64,000 nucleotides of DNA from Alphaproteobacteria bacterium (GCA_965277685.1 OZ255830.1:1102829-1166828), one strand, 5' to 3'. Positions 9,290 to 19,113 are shown, numbered from the stretch's first letter. Translations and numbers: made by a program. The notes: generated by a model from the sequence alone, not told the origin.

Positions 9290-11398
9290 TTGTCCAAAGA
9301 TCAAACGCCGGGCGAAATATGTATGGGCGGCACAAAACACGTAATGGCTAAAGATGCGGAAAATCCCCCCATGCCCTTATCCTTGCGCGGACATGCGTTA
9401 ATTCATCATGTCGTGATGACGGCACCGTCATCACCGGGGGTTTACCGATTCTTGGACGGCCGGGGCAAAGTCCTTTATGTCGGCAAAGCGCGCGATTTGA
9501 AAAAAAGGCTGGTATCCTATGCAAGGCCCCAAGGCCACGTGATTCGTATTGCTCGGATGATCCATCTTGTCCGGGATGTCGTCATCGTCACGACGCGTAC
9601 GGAAATCGAGGCATTGCTGCTTGAAAGCAATCTGATCAAGACGCTGCGTCCGCGCTACAATATTCTTTTGCGCGACGACAAGAGTTTTCCTTTCATTCTT
9701 ATTCGAGAGGATCATCCATGGCCATTGCTGACCCGTCATCGGGGGCGCCAGATGGAAAAGGGAAGCTATTACGGTCCTTTTGCCACCCCGGGGGCCGTGC
9801 GCACGACGATTAACGCGTTGGAACGCATATTCCTGTTACGGACCTGTTCGGATTCCGTTTTTGCCAATCGCTCGCGCCCGTGTTTGCTGTACCAGATTAA
9901 ACGATGCTGTGCCCCATGCGTGGGCAAGGTTACCCCGGGGGCGTACGCGGATTTGGTGCATGAAGCCAAGAAATTTCTTTCCGGTCGTTCGCGTGAAGTG
10001 CAGGATAATATGGTGCGCAACATGGAAAAGGCGAGTGCGGCGCAACAATATGAACAGGCATCGGTGTATCGTGATCGATTGCGGGCGATGGCACGTATTC
10101 TGGTGTCCCAAGATATCAATATCGATAATTTGGGGGATGCCGATGTTTTTGCCCTCTGCCGGCGCGGCGGCGAAAGCTGTATTCAAGTCGTGTTCTTCCG
10201 GGGCGGCCGCCATTATGGCGACAAGAGTTATTTTCCGCGCCATGACGCGGACGAGTCGAGCGCCGATATCTTGGCGGCTTTTCTGCCGCAGTTTTATCAT
10301 GACCGCCGCCCGCCGCGCCGCATTTATCTTTCCGAGCCGCCGACGCAACAGCAATGGATCAAAAAGGCCTTGGAAAGCAAAGTGGCCCATCGGGTCGTGA
10401 TGACGGTGCCAAAGCGCGGGCGGGGCGTGCGGTCATTGCGGCATGCGCGTGATAACGCGGATCGGATGTTGGCCCAAAGATCGGCAAGACCATCGGCGCA
10501 AAAGCAGGTGATCCACGATCTGGTCGAGGTCTTCGGATTACCCCGTCCTTGCCGCCGGATCGAGGTCTATGATAATTCCCATACGGGCGGAACGTTGCCG
10601 CTTGGGGTGATGATCGTGGCCGGTGAAGAAGGGTTCATGCATGGGCATTATCGGCGATTTTATATCCGCCAAACAAAGATCGAGGATGATTACGCGATCT
10701 TGCGTGATGTCTTACGGCGCCGTTTTCGTCGATCTTCCCCCCGCTCTTTACCTTGGCCAACGCCATCTTCTCGCCATCCGTCAAAGATGCCTTCCGGATC
10801 GGAAACATCCCCAAATCCGGAAATAGCTTCCGGGGCGGAAACATCCCCAAGGGCGGAAATAGCTGCCGGGGCGGAAACATCCCCAAGTCCGGAAACATCC
10901 TCAAAGAAAACGGCCGGCGATATACCGCGCCCGGATTTGGTTTTGATCGATGGGGGCAAGGGGCATTTGACCGTTGCCGTCGAGACTTTATCCCAATCGG
11001 GATTTGGCGATATTCCGGTGATTGCGATCGCCAAGGGAGAAAATCGTCGTCGATCGATCGAAACGCTATATACTTGGAACGGTCAAAAATTGCGTTTTGA
11101 TGAGCGAAGCAACATGTTGTATTTTTTAAGACGGTTACGGGACGAAGCGCACCGTTTTGCCATCGGTTCCCATCGCCGCCGCCGCTTGCAATCCGTGTCG
11201 GCATCGCGAATCGATGCCATCGAGGGGATCGGCGCGGCCCGCAAGCGTTCCATGTTGCGTTATTTCGGATCGGCCGCCGATATTGCCGAGGCCGGGGTCG
11301 AGGATCTGTGTAAAGTGCCCGGAATTGCCCGCCATGTGGCGGAAAAGGTGCATGCCCATTTTCATTCTTCCATTGCCAATTCGAAAAAGCCCCATTAA
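9290..11398 (+). CDS. uvrC: Excinuclease ABC subunit C (UvrC) with an in-frame low-complexity insertion
   Basis: GIY-YIG N-terminus (…PGVYRFLDGRGKVLYVGKARDLKKRL…), UvrC-length body and a C-terminal HhH region. The start is likely at 9344 or 9371. A repeat insert (SETSPNPEIASGAETSPRAEIAAGAETSPSPETS) lies at about 10780-10900. Confidence 0.9.
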   Translation: MSKDQTPGEICMGGTKHVMAKDAENPPMPLSLRGHALIHHVVMTAPSSPGVYRFLDGRGKVLYVGKARDLKKRLVSYARPQGHVIRIARMIHLVRDVVIVTTRTEIEALLLESNLIKTLRPRYNILLRDDKSFPFILIREDHPWPLLTRHRGRQMEKGSYYGPFATPGAVRTTINALERIFLLRTCSDSVFANRSRPCLLYQIKRCCAPCVGKVTPGAYADLVHEAKKFLSGRSREVQDNMVRNMEKASAAQQYEQASVYRDRLRAMARILVSQDINIDNLGDADVFALCRRGGESCIQVVFFRGGRHYGDKSYFPRHDADESSADILAAFLPQFYHDRRPPRRIYLSEPPTQQQWIKKALESKVAHRVVMTVPKRGRGVRSLRHARDNADRMLAQRSARPSAQKQVIHDLVEVFGLPRPCRRIEVYDNSHTGGTLPLGVMIVAGEEGFMHGHYRRFYIRQTKIEDDYAILRDVLRRRFRRSSPRSLPWPTPSSRHPSKMPSGSETSPNPEIASGAETSPRAEIAAGAETSPSPETSSKKTAGDIPRPDLVLIDGGKGHLTVAVETLSQSGFGDIPVIAIAKGENRRRSIETLYTWNGQKLRFDERSNMLYFLRRLRDEAHRFAIGSHRRRRLQSVSASRIDAIEGIGAARKRSMLRYFGSAADIAEAGVEDLCKVPGIARHVAEKVHAHFHSSIANSKKPH

Positions 11399-11422
11399 TC
11401 GAATAGAAACGAGACCACGCAT

Positions 11423-11974
11423 ATGATCAATATCCCCAATACATTAACGATTTTTCGGATCGCCCTTATTCCTTTGATTGCCGCCGGTCTTTTGATCGGC
11501 GCGTTGTGGGTGGCGCTGGCTCTTTATGTCGTGGCCTGCATCACGGATTACCTGGATGGCTATCTGGCCCGGCGGCGCAATCAATTTACCAGATTGGGGG
11601 TGATTCTTGACCCGATCGCGGATAAATTCCTCATCATCACCGTGATTATGGCACTGATTATGATCGATCATATCGGCAAGGTGACATTTATCGCGGCCTG
11701 GATCATTGTCGTGCGCGAGATCCTCGTATCGGGGCTGCGCGAATATCTTTCCATGGTCAAAATTTGCGTGCCGGTCAGCCGGATGGCCAAGATGAAAACG
11801 GCCATCCAGATGATATCTTTGGGATTCTTGATCGTGAGTGGTGGGGTTTTCGCAGTGATCGGATCGGTCGGATTATGGTTGTCCGCGATCATGACGTTAA
11901 TGACCGGCTATGAATACTGGCGGTCGGGATTGTCCCATATTATCGCGGATGATCGCGATAATATGGTGGAATGA
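11423..11974 (+). CDS. pgsA: CDP-diacylglycerol--glycerol-3-phosphate 3-phosphatidyltransferase
   Basis: MINIPNTLTIFRIALIP… with the CDP-alcohol phosphatidyltransferase motif DGYLAR…ILDPIADK. Confidence 0.85.
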   Translation: MINIPNTLTIFRIALIPLIAAGLLIGALWVALALYVVACITDYLDGYLARRRNQFTRLGVILDPIADKFLIITVIMALIMIDHIGKVTFIAAWIIVVREILVSGLREYLSMVKICVPVSRMAKMKTAIQMISLGFLIVSGGVFAVIGSVGLWLSAIMTLMTGYEYWRSGLSHIIADDRDNMVE

Positions 11975-11999
11975 TCCGGCCGATCTTTCGGTCGTTACG

Positions 12000-12680
12000 A
12001 TGACGATGAAGATATTTGGTTTGGCCGGTTGGAGCGGGAGTGGAAAAACCACCTTGATCACCCGCATGTTGCCGATATTAACCGGACAGGGGGTGCGCGT
12101 GTCGACGCTGAAACACGCCCATCATCATTTCGACATGGATCAACCGGGCAAGGATTCCTATCGACATCGGCGTGCCGGTGCCCGCGAGGTGATGGTTTCT
12201 TCGGCGCGCCGCTGGGCACTCGTGCATGAATTGGCCGCCGATGAATCGGAATATTCCCTTGCCCGGCTGACGGGGTATTTTTCCGATACCGATTTGTTGT
12301 TGGTCGAAGGATACAAGCGTGCGCCGCACCCGAAGCTGGAGGTCTATCGAGAGCAAAATCACAAGCCCCTTTTATGTCCCGACGATCCCCATATCGTTGC
12401 TTTGGCATCTGATATTTCCCCGGGTGATATTTCCGCACCCGATATTTCTCCGGGCGATAGTCCCGGCCATATACCTAACCATAGTCCCGGCCATAGTCCC
12501 GGTCATCGCCGGAAAAAGGATGGGGTCGATACCGATGGCGGCAAAGAGACGCCGGATCATTTCTTGAAAAACATCACAATTCCCCATTTCTCCCTCGATC
12601 GGGTTGAGGATATTTGTCGGTTTATTCTCTCCTTTAACCGGATCACCGCCAAAGGTCGGACACGTGGCCCAACTAAGTGA
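12000..12680 (+). CDS. mobB: Molybdopterin-guanine dinucleotide biosynthesis adapter MobB, with a repeat-rich C-terminal extension
   Basis: MTMKIFGLAGWSGSGKTTLITRMLPIL… has the Walker A motif and MobB N-terminal pattern. The C-terminus carries (SPGD/SPGH) repeats at about 12400-12500. Confidence 0.8.
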   Translation: MTMKIFGLAGWSGSGKTTLITRMLPILTGQGVRVSTLKHAHHHFDMDQPGKDSYRHRRAGAREVMVSSARRWALVHELAADESEYSLARLTGYFSDTDLLLVEGYKRAPHPKLEVYREQNHKPLLCPDDPHIVALASDISPGDISAPDISPGDSPGHIPNHSPGHSPGHRRKKDGVDTDGGKETPDHFLKNITIPHFSLDRVEDICRFILSFNRITAKGRTRGPTK

Positions 12681-13923
12681 CGAGGTCACCGCGTTCGGCG
12701 GTCGGTTAATGCGCTGCGAGGAAGCGCTTGCCCGGATCGGGCAGGGAATCGACGGTATTGCCGGACGCACCCGGGTGCGTCTGGATAGGGCCCATGGCCG
12801 GGTTCTTTGCAAGGATATCCGGGCCACGCGTGATGTGCCGCCCCATGATAACGCGGCGGTTGACGGATACGCTTTTTCCTTTGACGATGTTTGTCGGGAT
12901 ACGCACTCCGGCCCACATATCGATCTTCGTGTTGTCGCCGACATTCGGGCCGGATCGCGGTGGTCGGGGCGCATCGGGCCGGGACAGGCCGCGCAAATCT
13001 TCACCGGTGCCCCGATGCCCGATGGGGCGGATACCGTCATGATGCAGGAAGATTGCTCTTTGAACGGTTCGATTGTCACCCTTCGGCCCGGGATAACGCG
13101 CGGGGCGAATCGCCGCTTCAAAGGAGAGGATATCCGGCACGGCAATGTTATCTTGCCGCGTGGGCAACGCCTTCGTCCCCAAGATATCGGCCTTGCCGCC
13201 TCCATCGGCAAGAATTCCTTGCCGGTTTGGGAAAGATTGCGGGGGGTGGTTTTTTCCTGTGGGGATGAATTGGCCGATCGCAATCCAAAAGATGGATCCG
13301 TGTATGATTCCAATCGGCCGATGTTGGTGGCTCTTTTGCGTGAATTGGGGGTCGCGGTCAAGGATGGCGGGATTTTGCCCGATGATCCGGCGGCCATTCG
13401 CGATCGCTTGATCAAAGCGACCGCATCGTGCGACATGATCCTAACGTCCGGGGGGATGTCAACGGGAAAGGGGGATCATATTCGTTCGGTTATCCAAGAT
13501 ATCGGGCAGATTGATTTCTGGCGTCTTGCCATCCGACCGGGACGCCCATTGGCGATGGGGCGGATCGACAAAACGGCGTTCGTCGGGGTGCCGGGCAATC
13601 CGGTTGCGGCCATGGTCACGTTTCTCGTTTTTGTTCGCCCTTTGCTCGATATTCTGCATCATCGAGAACCCCGTCGCCGCATCGCCTATCCCATTCCGGC
13701 GGCTTTTACCTATCGGAAAAAAGTCGGCCGGCGCGAATGGTTGCGGGCCATCTTGCAGCATGACGAGGATGGGATGTGCCTGACCCGCTTTGACAAAAGT
13801 GGCGCCGGTATTTTATCGTCCCTTACCGCGGCGGACGGATTGATCGAGGTGGCGGAAGACATCGCCGGTATTCGCCCCGGTGATATGGTGTCCTTCCTAC
13901 CGTTTCGGGAATTGCTATGGTAA
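12604..13923 (+). CDS. moeA: Molybdopterin molybdenumtransferase MoeA
   Basis: MoeA-like motifs (…PPHDNAAVDGYAF…, …LTSGGMSTGKGDHI…, …GVPGNPVAAMVTF…). The exact start is uncertain; it overlaps the mobB extension. Confidence 0.85.
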   Translation: MRIFVGLFSPLTGSPPKVGHVAQLSDEVTAFGGRLMRCEEALARIGQGIDGIAGRTRVRLDRAHGRVLCKDIRATRDVPPHDNAAVDGYAFSFDDVCRDTHSGPHIDLRVVADIRAGSRWSGRIGPGQAAQIFTGAPMPDGADTVMMQEDCSLNGSIVTLRPGITRGANRRFKGEDIRHGNVILPRGQRLRPQDIGLAASIGKNSLPVWERLRGVVFSCGDELADRNPKDGSVYDSNRPMLVALLRELGVAVKDGGILPDDPAAIRDRLIKATASCDMILTSGGMSTGKGDHIRSVIQDIGQIDFWRLAIRPGRPLAMGRIDKTAFVGVPGNPVAAMVTFLVFVRPLLDILHHREPRRRIAYPIPAAFTYRKKVGRREWLRAILQHDEDGMCLTRFDKSGAGILSSLTAADGLIEVAEDIAGIRPGDMVSFLPFRELLW

Positions 13924-14171
13924 CCCTGCGTTATTTTGCCCGGTTGAAAACCATCATCGGTCAGGCTAAGGAAATTCGATCGTTGCCGGATGATTTGGAT
14001 ACGATCACCGATCTGATCATTTGGTTGCGCAAACAAGGGGATCATTACGCCCGGGCTTTTGCCGATTTGAAAACCATTCGCGCGGCCCGCGATCACGCCC
14101 ATGTCCCCCTTGATGCCAAGATTGACGGCGCGGTTGAAATTGCTTTTTTCCCACCGGTGACCGGGGGTTAG
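13917..14171 (+). CDS. moaD: Molybdopterin synthase sulfur-carrier subunit MoaD
   Basis: 84 aa with a ThiS/MoaD fold pattern, ending in the C-terminal GG. Confidence 0.8.
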   Translation: MVTLRYFARLKTIIGQAKEIRSLPDDLDTITDLIIWLRKQGDHYARAFADLKTIRAARDHAHVPLDAKIDGAVEIAFFPPVTGG

Positions 14172-14177
14172 GGCAAG

Positions 14178-14717
14178 GTGGAAATCGTGATTAACCGCAG
14201 GGCATTTGATCCGGCAACACAATTGCGCCGTTTCACAAAACGCCAACAAGGTGGCGCGGTCAAAGATTGCGGGGCGATCGTGTCTTTTGCCGGTCACGTG
14301 CGCGAATGTGGCACGCGGGACAAGAAAATCACGGCGATGACACTGGAACACTATCCGCAAATGGGCATCGGCCAGTTGCGGGCGATCATCGCCGAAGCGC
14401 GCCGGCGCTGGCCGATAAAGGACGTGTTGGTGCGGCATCGATTTGGCGTTTTACGTCCCGGCGAGGCCATCGTCTTTATTGCCGTTGCCGGTTGCCATCG
14501 TCGTCCGGTGTTCGAGGCATGTGAATTTTTAATCGACTGGTTGAAAGTCAAGGCACCGTTTTGGAAATACGAACAAACCCCAACCGGTGGCGACTGGGTC
14601 GAGGCATCGGCCGGGGACGCGATGGCCGCCCAACGCTGGACCGGGGTCAAGGCATCGGCCGGGGACGGAAAAAAACATCGGCCGAACGACCGCGGGAACA
14701 AAGAGGAAAAGACGTAA
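14178..14717 (+). CDS. moaE: Molybdopterin synthase catalytic subunit MoaE, with a C-terminal repeat extension
   Basis: MoaE-like …SFAGHVRE…HYPQM… pattern. The C-terminus repeats WVEASAGD…GVKASAGD. Confidence 0.85.
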   Translation: MEIVINRRAFDPATQLRRFTKRQQGGAVKDCGAIVSFAGHVRECGTRDKKITAMTLEHYPQMGIGQLRAIIAEARRRWPIKDVLVRHRFGVLRPGEAIVFIAVAGCHRRPVFEACEFLIDWLKVKAPFWKYEQTPTGGDWVEASAGDAMAAQRWTGVKASAGDGKKHRPNDRGNKEEKT

Positions 14718-14719
14718 CA

Positions 14720-14940
14720 CAACCCCCCCGTGTCGAACGTGTGTCTGTGCGTCCCTGGGCCGTTTAGATGTGTGGATGTGTGTGGATTGTGTGTGCGGAA
14801 CCTTGCGCGGTGCGGGTGTGGGCCGTGTCGAACGTGTGTCTGTACGTCCCTGGGCCTCTGGGCCGTTTAGATGTGGGCCGTGTCGAACTTGTGTCTGTAC
14901 GTCCCTGGGCCCCTGGGTCGCCCCTGGGCCATTTGGAACC
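14720..14940. repeat. Triplicated about 30-bp GT-rich element (gtgtcgaac[g/t]tgtgtctgt[a/g]cgtccctgggcc) between convergent moaE and ilvE
   Basis: Direct reading shows three copies with embedded tgtgtg runs. It may act as a terminator or REP-like element. Confidence 0.7.
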
Positions 14941-15855
14941 TTATGCCGTGCGGCAGTGTTCGCGAATATGCCGACGAAAGGCGGCGCTGAGTTTTTTGGT
15001 GACGTTGCCGACATCAAAGCGATACCGGCCAATCGCGCAAATAGGGGTGATTTCGACTGCGGTGCCGGTCAAGAAGGCTTCTTGCGCGTGCTCCATTTCA
15101 TCGGGCATCATCGCCCGTTCGTATGTGGCGATATTGTTCTTCGCGGCCAGATCGATGATGGTTTGGCGGGTGATTCCATTCAAAAAGCAATCCGCTTGTG
15201 GGGTATGCAGTTGTCCGTTCATGACAAAGAAAATATTGGCCCCGGTTGCTTCCGCGATCCGACCGCGATAATCCAACATCAACGCATCGTCATATCCTTT
15301 GGCCTCGGCCTGGTGCTTGCTAAGGGTGCAAATCATATATAATCCGGCCGCTTTGCTTGTGACCGGGGCGGTGTCCGGGGCGGGTCGCCGCCAAGAAGCA
15401 ATCGATAGACGAATGCCATCGGTTTGGGCGCGCGGGTCAAAATAGGCGGGCCAGGGCCATGTTGCGATGGCGAGGTGAATGCCGGCATGCTGGGATGATA
15501 CCGCCATCATTTCGCTGCCGCGCCAGGCCACCGGTCGTACGTACCCATTGCTGATGTTTTGTTTTTTGACGATGCTGCGGGTGGCGGCGTTGATTTGTTC
15601 GCATGTCCATGGAATGGTGAAGCCCAATGCATTGGCCGAATCGAGCAATCGTTGAGAATGGCGATTAAGCTCAAACACGTTTCCGTCATAGACCCGCTCG
15701 CCCTCAAAGACGCAACTTGCGTAATGCAAGCCGTGGTTCAAGACGTGGACACGGGCATCGTTCCACTTTACCGTTTTGCCGTTTTGCCATATCCACCCCT
15801 GACGTTGATCAAAGGGAACAAGGGCAGGAGGAGTTTCTTTGTTGCGGGTCGTCAT
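14941..15855 (-). CDS. ilvE: Branched-chain amino acid aminotransferase
   Basis: 304 aa class-IV aminotransferase pattern (…WQNGKTVKWNDARVHVLNHGLHYASCVFEGERVY…). Confidence 0.85.
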   Translation of the reverse strand: MTTRNKETPPALVPFDQRQGWIWQNGKTVKWNDARVHVLNHGLHYASCVFEGERVYDGNVFELNRHSQRLLDSANALGFTIPWTCEQINAATRSIVKKQNISNGYVRPVAWRGSEMMAVSSQHAGIHLAIATWPWPAYFDPRAQTDGIRLSIASWRRPAPDTAPVTSKAAGLYMICTLSKHQAEAKGYDDALMLDYRGRIAEATGANIFFVMNGQLHTPQADCFLNGITRQTIIDLAAKNNIATYERAMMPDEMEHAQEAFLTGTAVEITPICAIGRYRFDVGNVTKKLSAAFRRHIREHCRTA

Positions 15856-15931
15856 GTGCTATATTGCGATTCACGAGGTGTGATGGTTGTGACTAACACC
15901 AGGCTTGAAAAAAGTCCATAGAGGCGCGGTT

Positions 15932-16642
15932 ATGCAAGTTTCGGTCAACGTTCCGCATATTCTTGTCGTTGATGACGATCAACGATTGCGGGATCTTCTT
16001 GTCCGGTATTTAGGGATGAACGGGTTTCGCGTATCCGTGGCACAAAATGCGGCCGAGGCGCGCTTATGCGTGCGCGAGGTCGTCTTTGATTTGATCGTGC
16101 TTGATATCATGATGCCGGGCGAGAGTGGGTTTGAACTGGCCCGATCCTTAAAGCGCAAGATGACCATGCCGATATTGATGCTAAGTGCCGTGTCCGGTGT
16201 GAAAGACCGCATCATGTCCCTTGAGAATGGCGCCGATGATTACCTAACCAAACCTTTTGAGCCAAAAGAATTGCTTGTTCGTATACAAAATATCTTAAGA
16301 CGGGCCCGGCGCGCGACCGCCCCTTCGTCCGTGGTGCATTTTGGTGATTTTTCCTATGACATCGAGCGCCAGCAACTATTGTGCAAAGAACGGGCCGTGG
16401 CTTTGACCGAAAGCGAGCGATCTTTGCTTACCCAATTGGCGATCCATAACGGCAACACTTTGTCGCGGCACGACATGCAGCATTGTTGCGGTGCCGGTGC
16501 CCGCAGCGTCGATACGGCCATTGCGCGACTGCGCAAGAAAATCGAGGAAAACCGCAAGCATCCCCTCTACCTGCATACGGTGCGCGGTCGCGGGTATGTG
16601 TTGATGGGGCATCGATCCGCCCGCCCGCCCGGATCCGGTTAA
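15932..16642 (+). CDS. OmpR-family response regulator (position equivalent to ChvI/BvrR upstream of hprK)
   Basis: Receiver domain (ILVVDDD…DLIVLDIMMPGESG…) followed by a winged-helix OmpR C-terminus (…LHTVRGRGYVL). Confidence 0.8.
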   Translation: MQVSVNVPHILVVDDDQRLRDLLVRYLGMNGFRVSVAQNAAEARLCVREVVFDLIVLDIMMPGESGFELARSLKRKMTMPILMLSAVSGVKDRIMSLENGADDYLTKPFEPKELLVRIQNILRRARRATAPSSVVHFGDFSYDIERQQLLCKERAVALTESERSLLTQLAIHNGNTLSRHDMQHCCGAGARSVDTAIARLRKKIEENRKHPLYLHTVRGRGYVLMGHRSARPPGSG

Positions 16643-18061
16643 ATGGGTTGGCGTTTTCCAAAACGGGTCATCCCGAAACGAATATTTCCCAAACAAATAT
16701 TTCCCAAACAAATATTTACAGGCCGGATAGTTCCAAAACGCGTGTTGCCAAGGAGGCTTTTTTCACGCTCGCTGCTGATTATCGTATTGCCGATGATTTT
16801 ATTACAGTTGATCATCGGGTGGGTTTTTATCGATCGTCACTGGCAGCTTCTAACCCGGCGTTTGGCCGATGCGGTTTATGGTGAAATCAGTATTATCGTC
16901 GATGCGATTGAAGAAACATCCCGTCCCCCTTATCGCTTTTCCGGTCAAGCGGAGGAATTGGCCCGCCAATTTCACGCGGTCTTCGGGCTGCGCCTGGACA
17001 TCGATCCGCTGGCTTCGATTGCACCTTCCGATGCGGACCGCCGCTATTGGGGGGCAGAAGGGATTCTGGCCGACCGATTGCGCCAAAAAGGGCGCCCTTT
17101 CGTGATCGATACCCCCAATGCCGATCAGGTGATTGTCCGCATCCGGCTTCGCGACGGTGGAGTCTTAAGGACTGCGTTTAATCGTAAACGTATTGCTTCC
17201 TCGGCGACGTATCTGGTTTTCCTATGGATGATCGGATCGTCCATCATTTTGATCACGGTGGCATTGATTATTCTGCATAATCAAATCCGTCCGATCCGAC
17301 GGCTGTCCAAAGCGATGGATCGCTTTGGCCGGGGGCGGCGGGGATATCCGGTCGCCATGGCCGGGGCGTCCGAGGTGCGATTGGCCATCCGCGCCTTTGG
17401 CCGCATGCGTGAACGGATCACCCGCCTGATGGAAGGGCGGTTGTATATGCTGGCGGCGATTTCCCATGATTTGAACACCATCTTGACGCGGATGAAACTT
17501 GCCATGGAGTTGATGAAAAAAGACGAGGACAAAAAGGCGTTGCAGCGCGATATCGGCGAAATGCAAAATATGTTGAAGGCATATTTGGCGTTTGCCGGGG
17601 ATGAAATCTGCGAGGAAAAATCACAGTTATACAAGATGGATCGTCTGATTCGCGAGATCGCTCAATGCTATGACGGAAAGACGGGCATCAAGGTCAAGAT
17701 CGATATTCAAGGCGAGGTGGCGATGGAATTGCGCGTGCAGTCGTTCCGGCGGTGTCTGACCAATATCATGGATAACGCCTTGCGTTATGGCCGCCATATT
17801 ATCTTGCGTATGCGCAAGCGTCCCGACGGCATTCGTATCGTTATCGATGACGATGGCCCGGGCATCGATAAGAAGGAATATAAGCGGGTTTTTCAGCCTT
17901 TTTATCGCCTTGATCGTTCCCGTAATGTCGATCACCCGAATATCGGCATGGGATTAAGCATCGCCCGTGACGCGGTGCAGGCCCATGGCGGCAGTATTCG
18001 ATTAGGGCGCGCGCCGACCCCGATGAAGGGGCTGCGCGTGACGATCGATCTTCCGATCTAA
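16643..18061 (+). CDS. EnvZ/ChvG-like sensor histidine kinase (TM, HAMP, HisKA, HATPase)
   Basis: H-box LAAISHDLNTILTRM and an N/G1/G2 ATPase region (…NALRYGRHI…DDDGPGI…GMGLSIAR…). The N-terminus has KRVIPKRIFPKQIFPKQIF repeats. Confidence 0.8.
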   Translation: MGWRFPKRVIPKRIFPKQIFPKQIFTGRIVPKRVLPRRLFSRSLLIIVLPMILLQLIIGWVFIDRHWQLLTRRLADAVYGEISIIVDAIEETSRPPYRFSGQAEELARQFHAVFGLRLDIDPLASIAPSDADRRYWGAEGILADRLRQKGRPFVIDTPNADQVIVRIRLRDGGVLRTAFNRKRIASSATYLVFLWMIGSSIILITVALIILHNQIRPIRRLSKAMDRFGRGRRGYPVAMAGASEVRLAIRAFGRMRERITRLMEGRLYMLAAISHDLNTILTRMKLAMELMKKDEDKKALQRDIGEMQNMLKAYLAFAGDEICEEKSQLYKMDRLIREIAQCYDGKTGIKVKIDIQGEVAMELRVQSFRRCLTNIMDNALRYGRHIILRMRKRPDGIRIVIDDDGPGIDKKEYKRVFQPFYRLDRSRNVDHPNIGMGLSIARDAVQAHGGSIRLGRAPTPMKGLRVTIDLPI

Positions 18062-18350
18062 CCCCGGCCGGATGGCGACCCATTGCGATCCTTCTCTATC
18101 CGGGGCCGACCCGATCAAGCAATGGTGCGGATGGTGAAGGGGATGCATCGGCGCGTCAAATCGATCCCGATGAAGGGGCGGGACGATGATCAAGGGGGTG
18201 TGACGATCGATCTTCCGATCTAACCCCGGCCGGATTGCGACCCATTGCGATCCATTGCGATCCGGGGCCGACTCGATCAAGCAATGGTGCGGATGGTAAA
18301 GGGGATGCGCCGGTGCGTCAAATCGATCCCGATGAAGGGGCGGGACGATG
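18040..18350. repeat. About 150-bp tandem duplication spanning the 3' end/stop of the histidine-kinase gene and its downstream region
   Basis: …gtgacgatcgatcttccgatctaaccccggccgga…gatcaagcaatggtgcggatgg…gtcaaatcgatcccgatgaaggggcgggacgatgatcaa… occurs twice in tandem with a few mismatches. Confidence 0.8.
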
Positions 18351-18615
18351 ATCAATGGGCGTGATGATGATGAAGGGGGCGGGACGATATGGGCCGTGGA
18401 ACCGCTTTATCGGGGTCAATGGCGTGATCGTATCGGCGTGTCAAATCGATCGACCGCATCGAAAATACGTCGATTGCGATCCGATTGTGGCGCGATGCCG
18501 GAAAATTATTTATGGGGGTGAAAAGAGAAAAGGGCCGCCGAGGGGAGGAAGTGCAGGGAAGAAGCGACCCTTCTCTATCCGGGGCCCGTAAAGGTCCCGG
18601 AATTCGTAACGAAGA

Positions 18616-19113
18616 TTAGTGTCTTGCAACGATCTCCGTCTTTTTGGCGATGGGGTTTGGATTCGCGCTCGGTGCGGAATTGGTTCCATTCCCATTGCTA
18701 AAAAGTGTTTTCATTTCGTCCAGCGAATCGGTGACCCGCTTGTTGATCGCACCCCAGCTTTTGGCGGTGGTCTTGGACGAAATCTCGTTTAAGTCCCATA
18801 TATCGGCCAGCATCGACTGATACAGGCTTTTGATGAAATCGGTCGACTTGAAAACGACGTCTTCCGGCGTGCGGGCGGTACCGGCACCGTCCCAAGCACT
18901 GGCCCATCCTTGGGCGTTGCGACGAAGGTTTTCGCTTTGGCGGGCAGCGATTTCCTGCATCCCGTCATAGGCCATCTTGCCCGATGTCCCCAAAGCATTC
19001 ATATTCTTCTCATAGGCGACAAAAAGAGCCTTCATGTCGACGGTCGGAACATTGGTTTTTTTCCAAGCGTCTTCAAGATTGAAGAATTCCTTAAAAGGGT
19101 TGTGCGTATTCAT
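18616..19113 (-). CDS. Phasin (PHA-granule associated protein)
   Basis: The start MNTHNPFKEFFNLEDAWKK… is preceded by AGGAGAAACTGAT. Composition and length fit an alphaproteobacterial phasin. Confidence 0.7.
   Translation of the reverse strand: MNTHNPFKEFFNLEDAWKKTNVPTVDMKALFVAYEKNMNALGTSGKMAYDGMQEIAARQSENLRRNAQGWASAWDGAGTARTPEDVVFKSTDFIKSLYQSMLADIWDLNEISSKTTAKSWGAINKRVTDSLDEMKTLFSNGNGTNSAPSANPNPIAKKTEIVARH

Noticed and set aside
16354-17634. Several minus-strand ORFs (67-117 aa) within the response regulator and kinase genes
   Set aside because: They are antisense to well-supported genes, which is typical high-GC frame noise.
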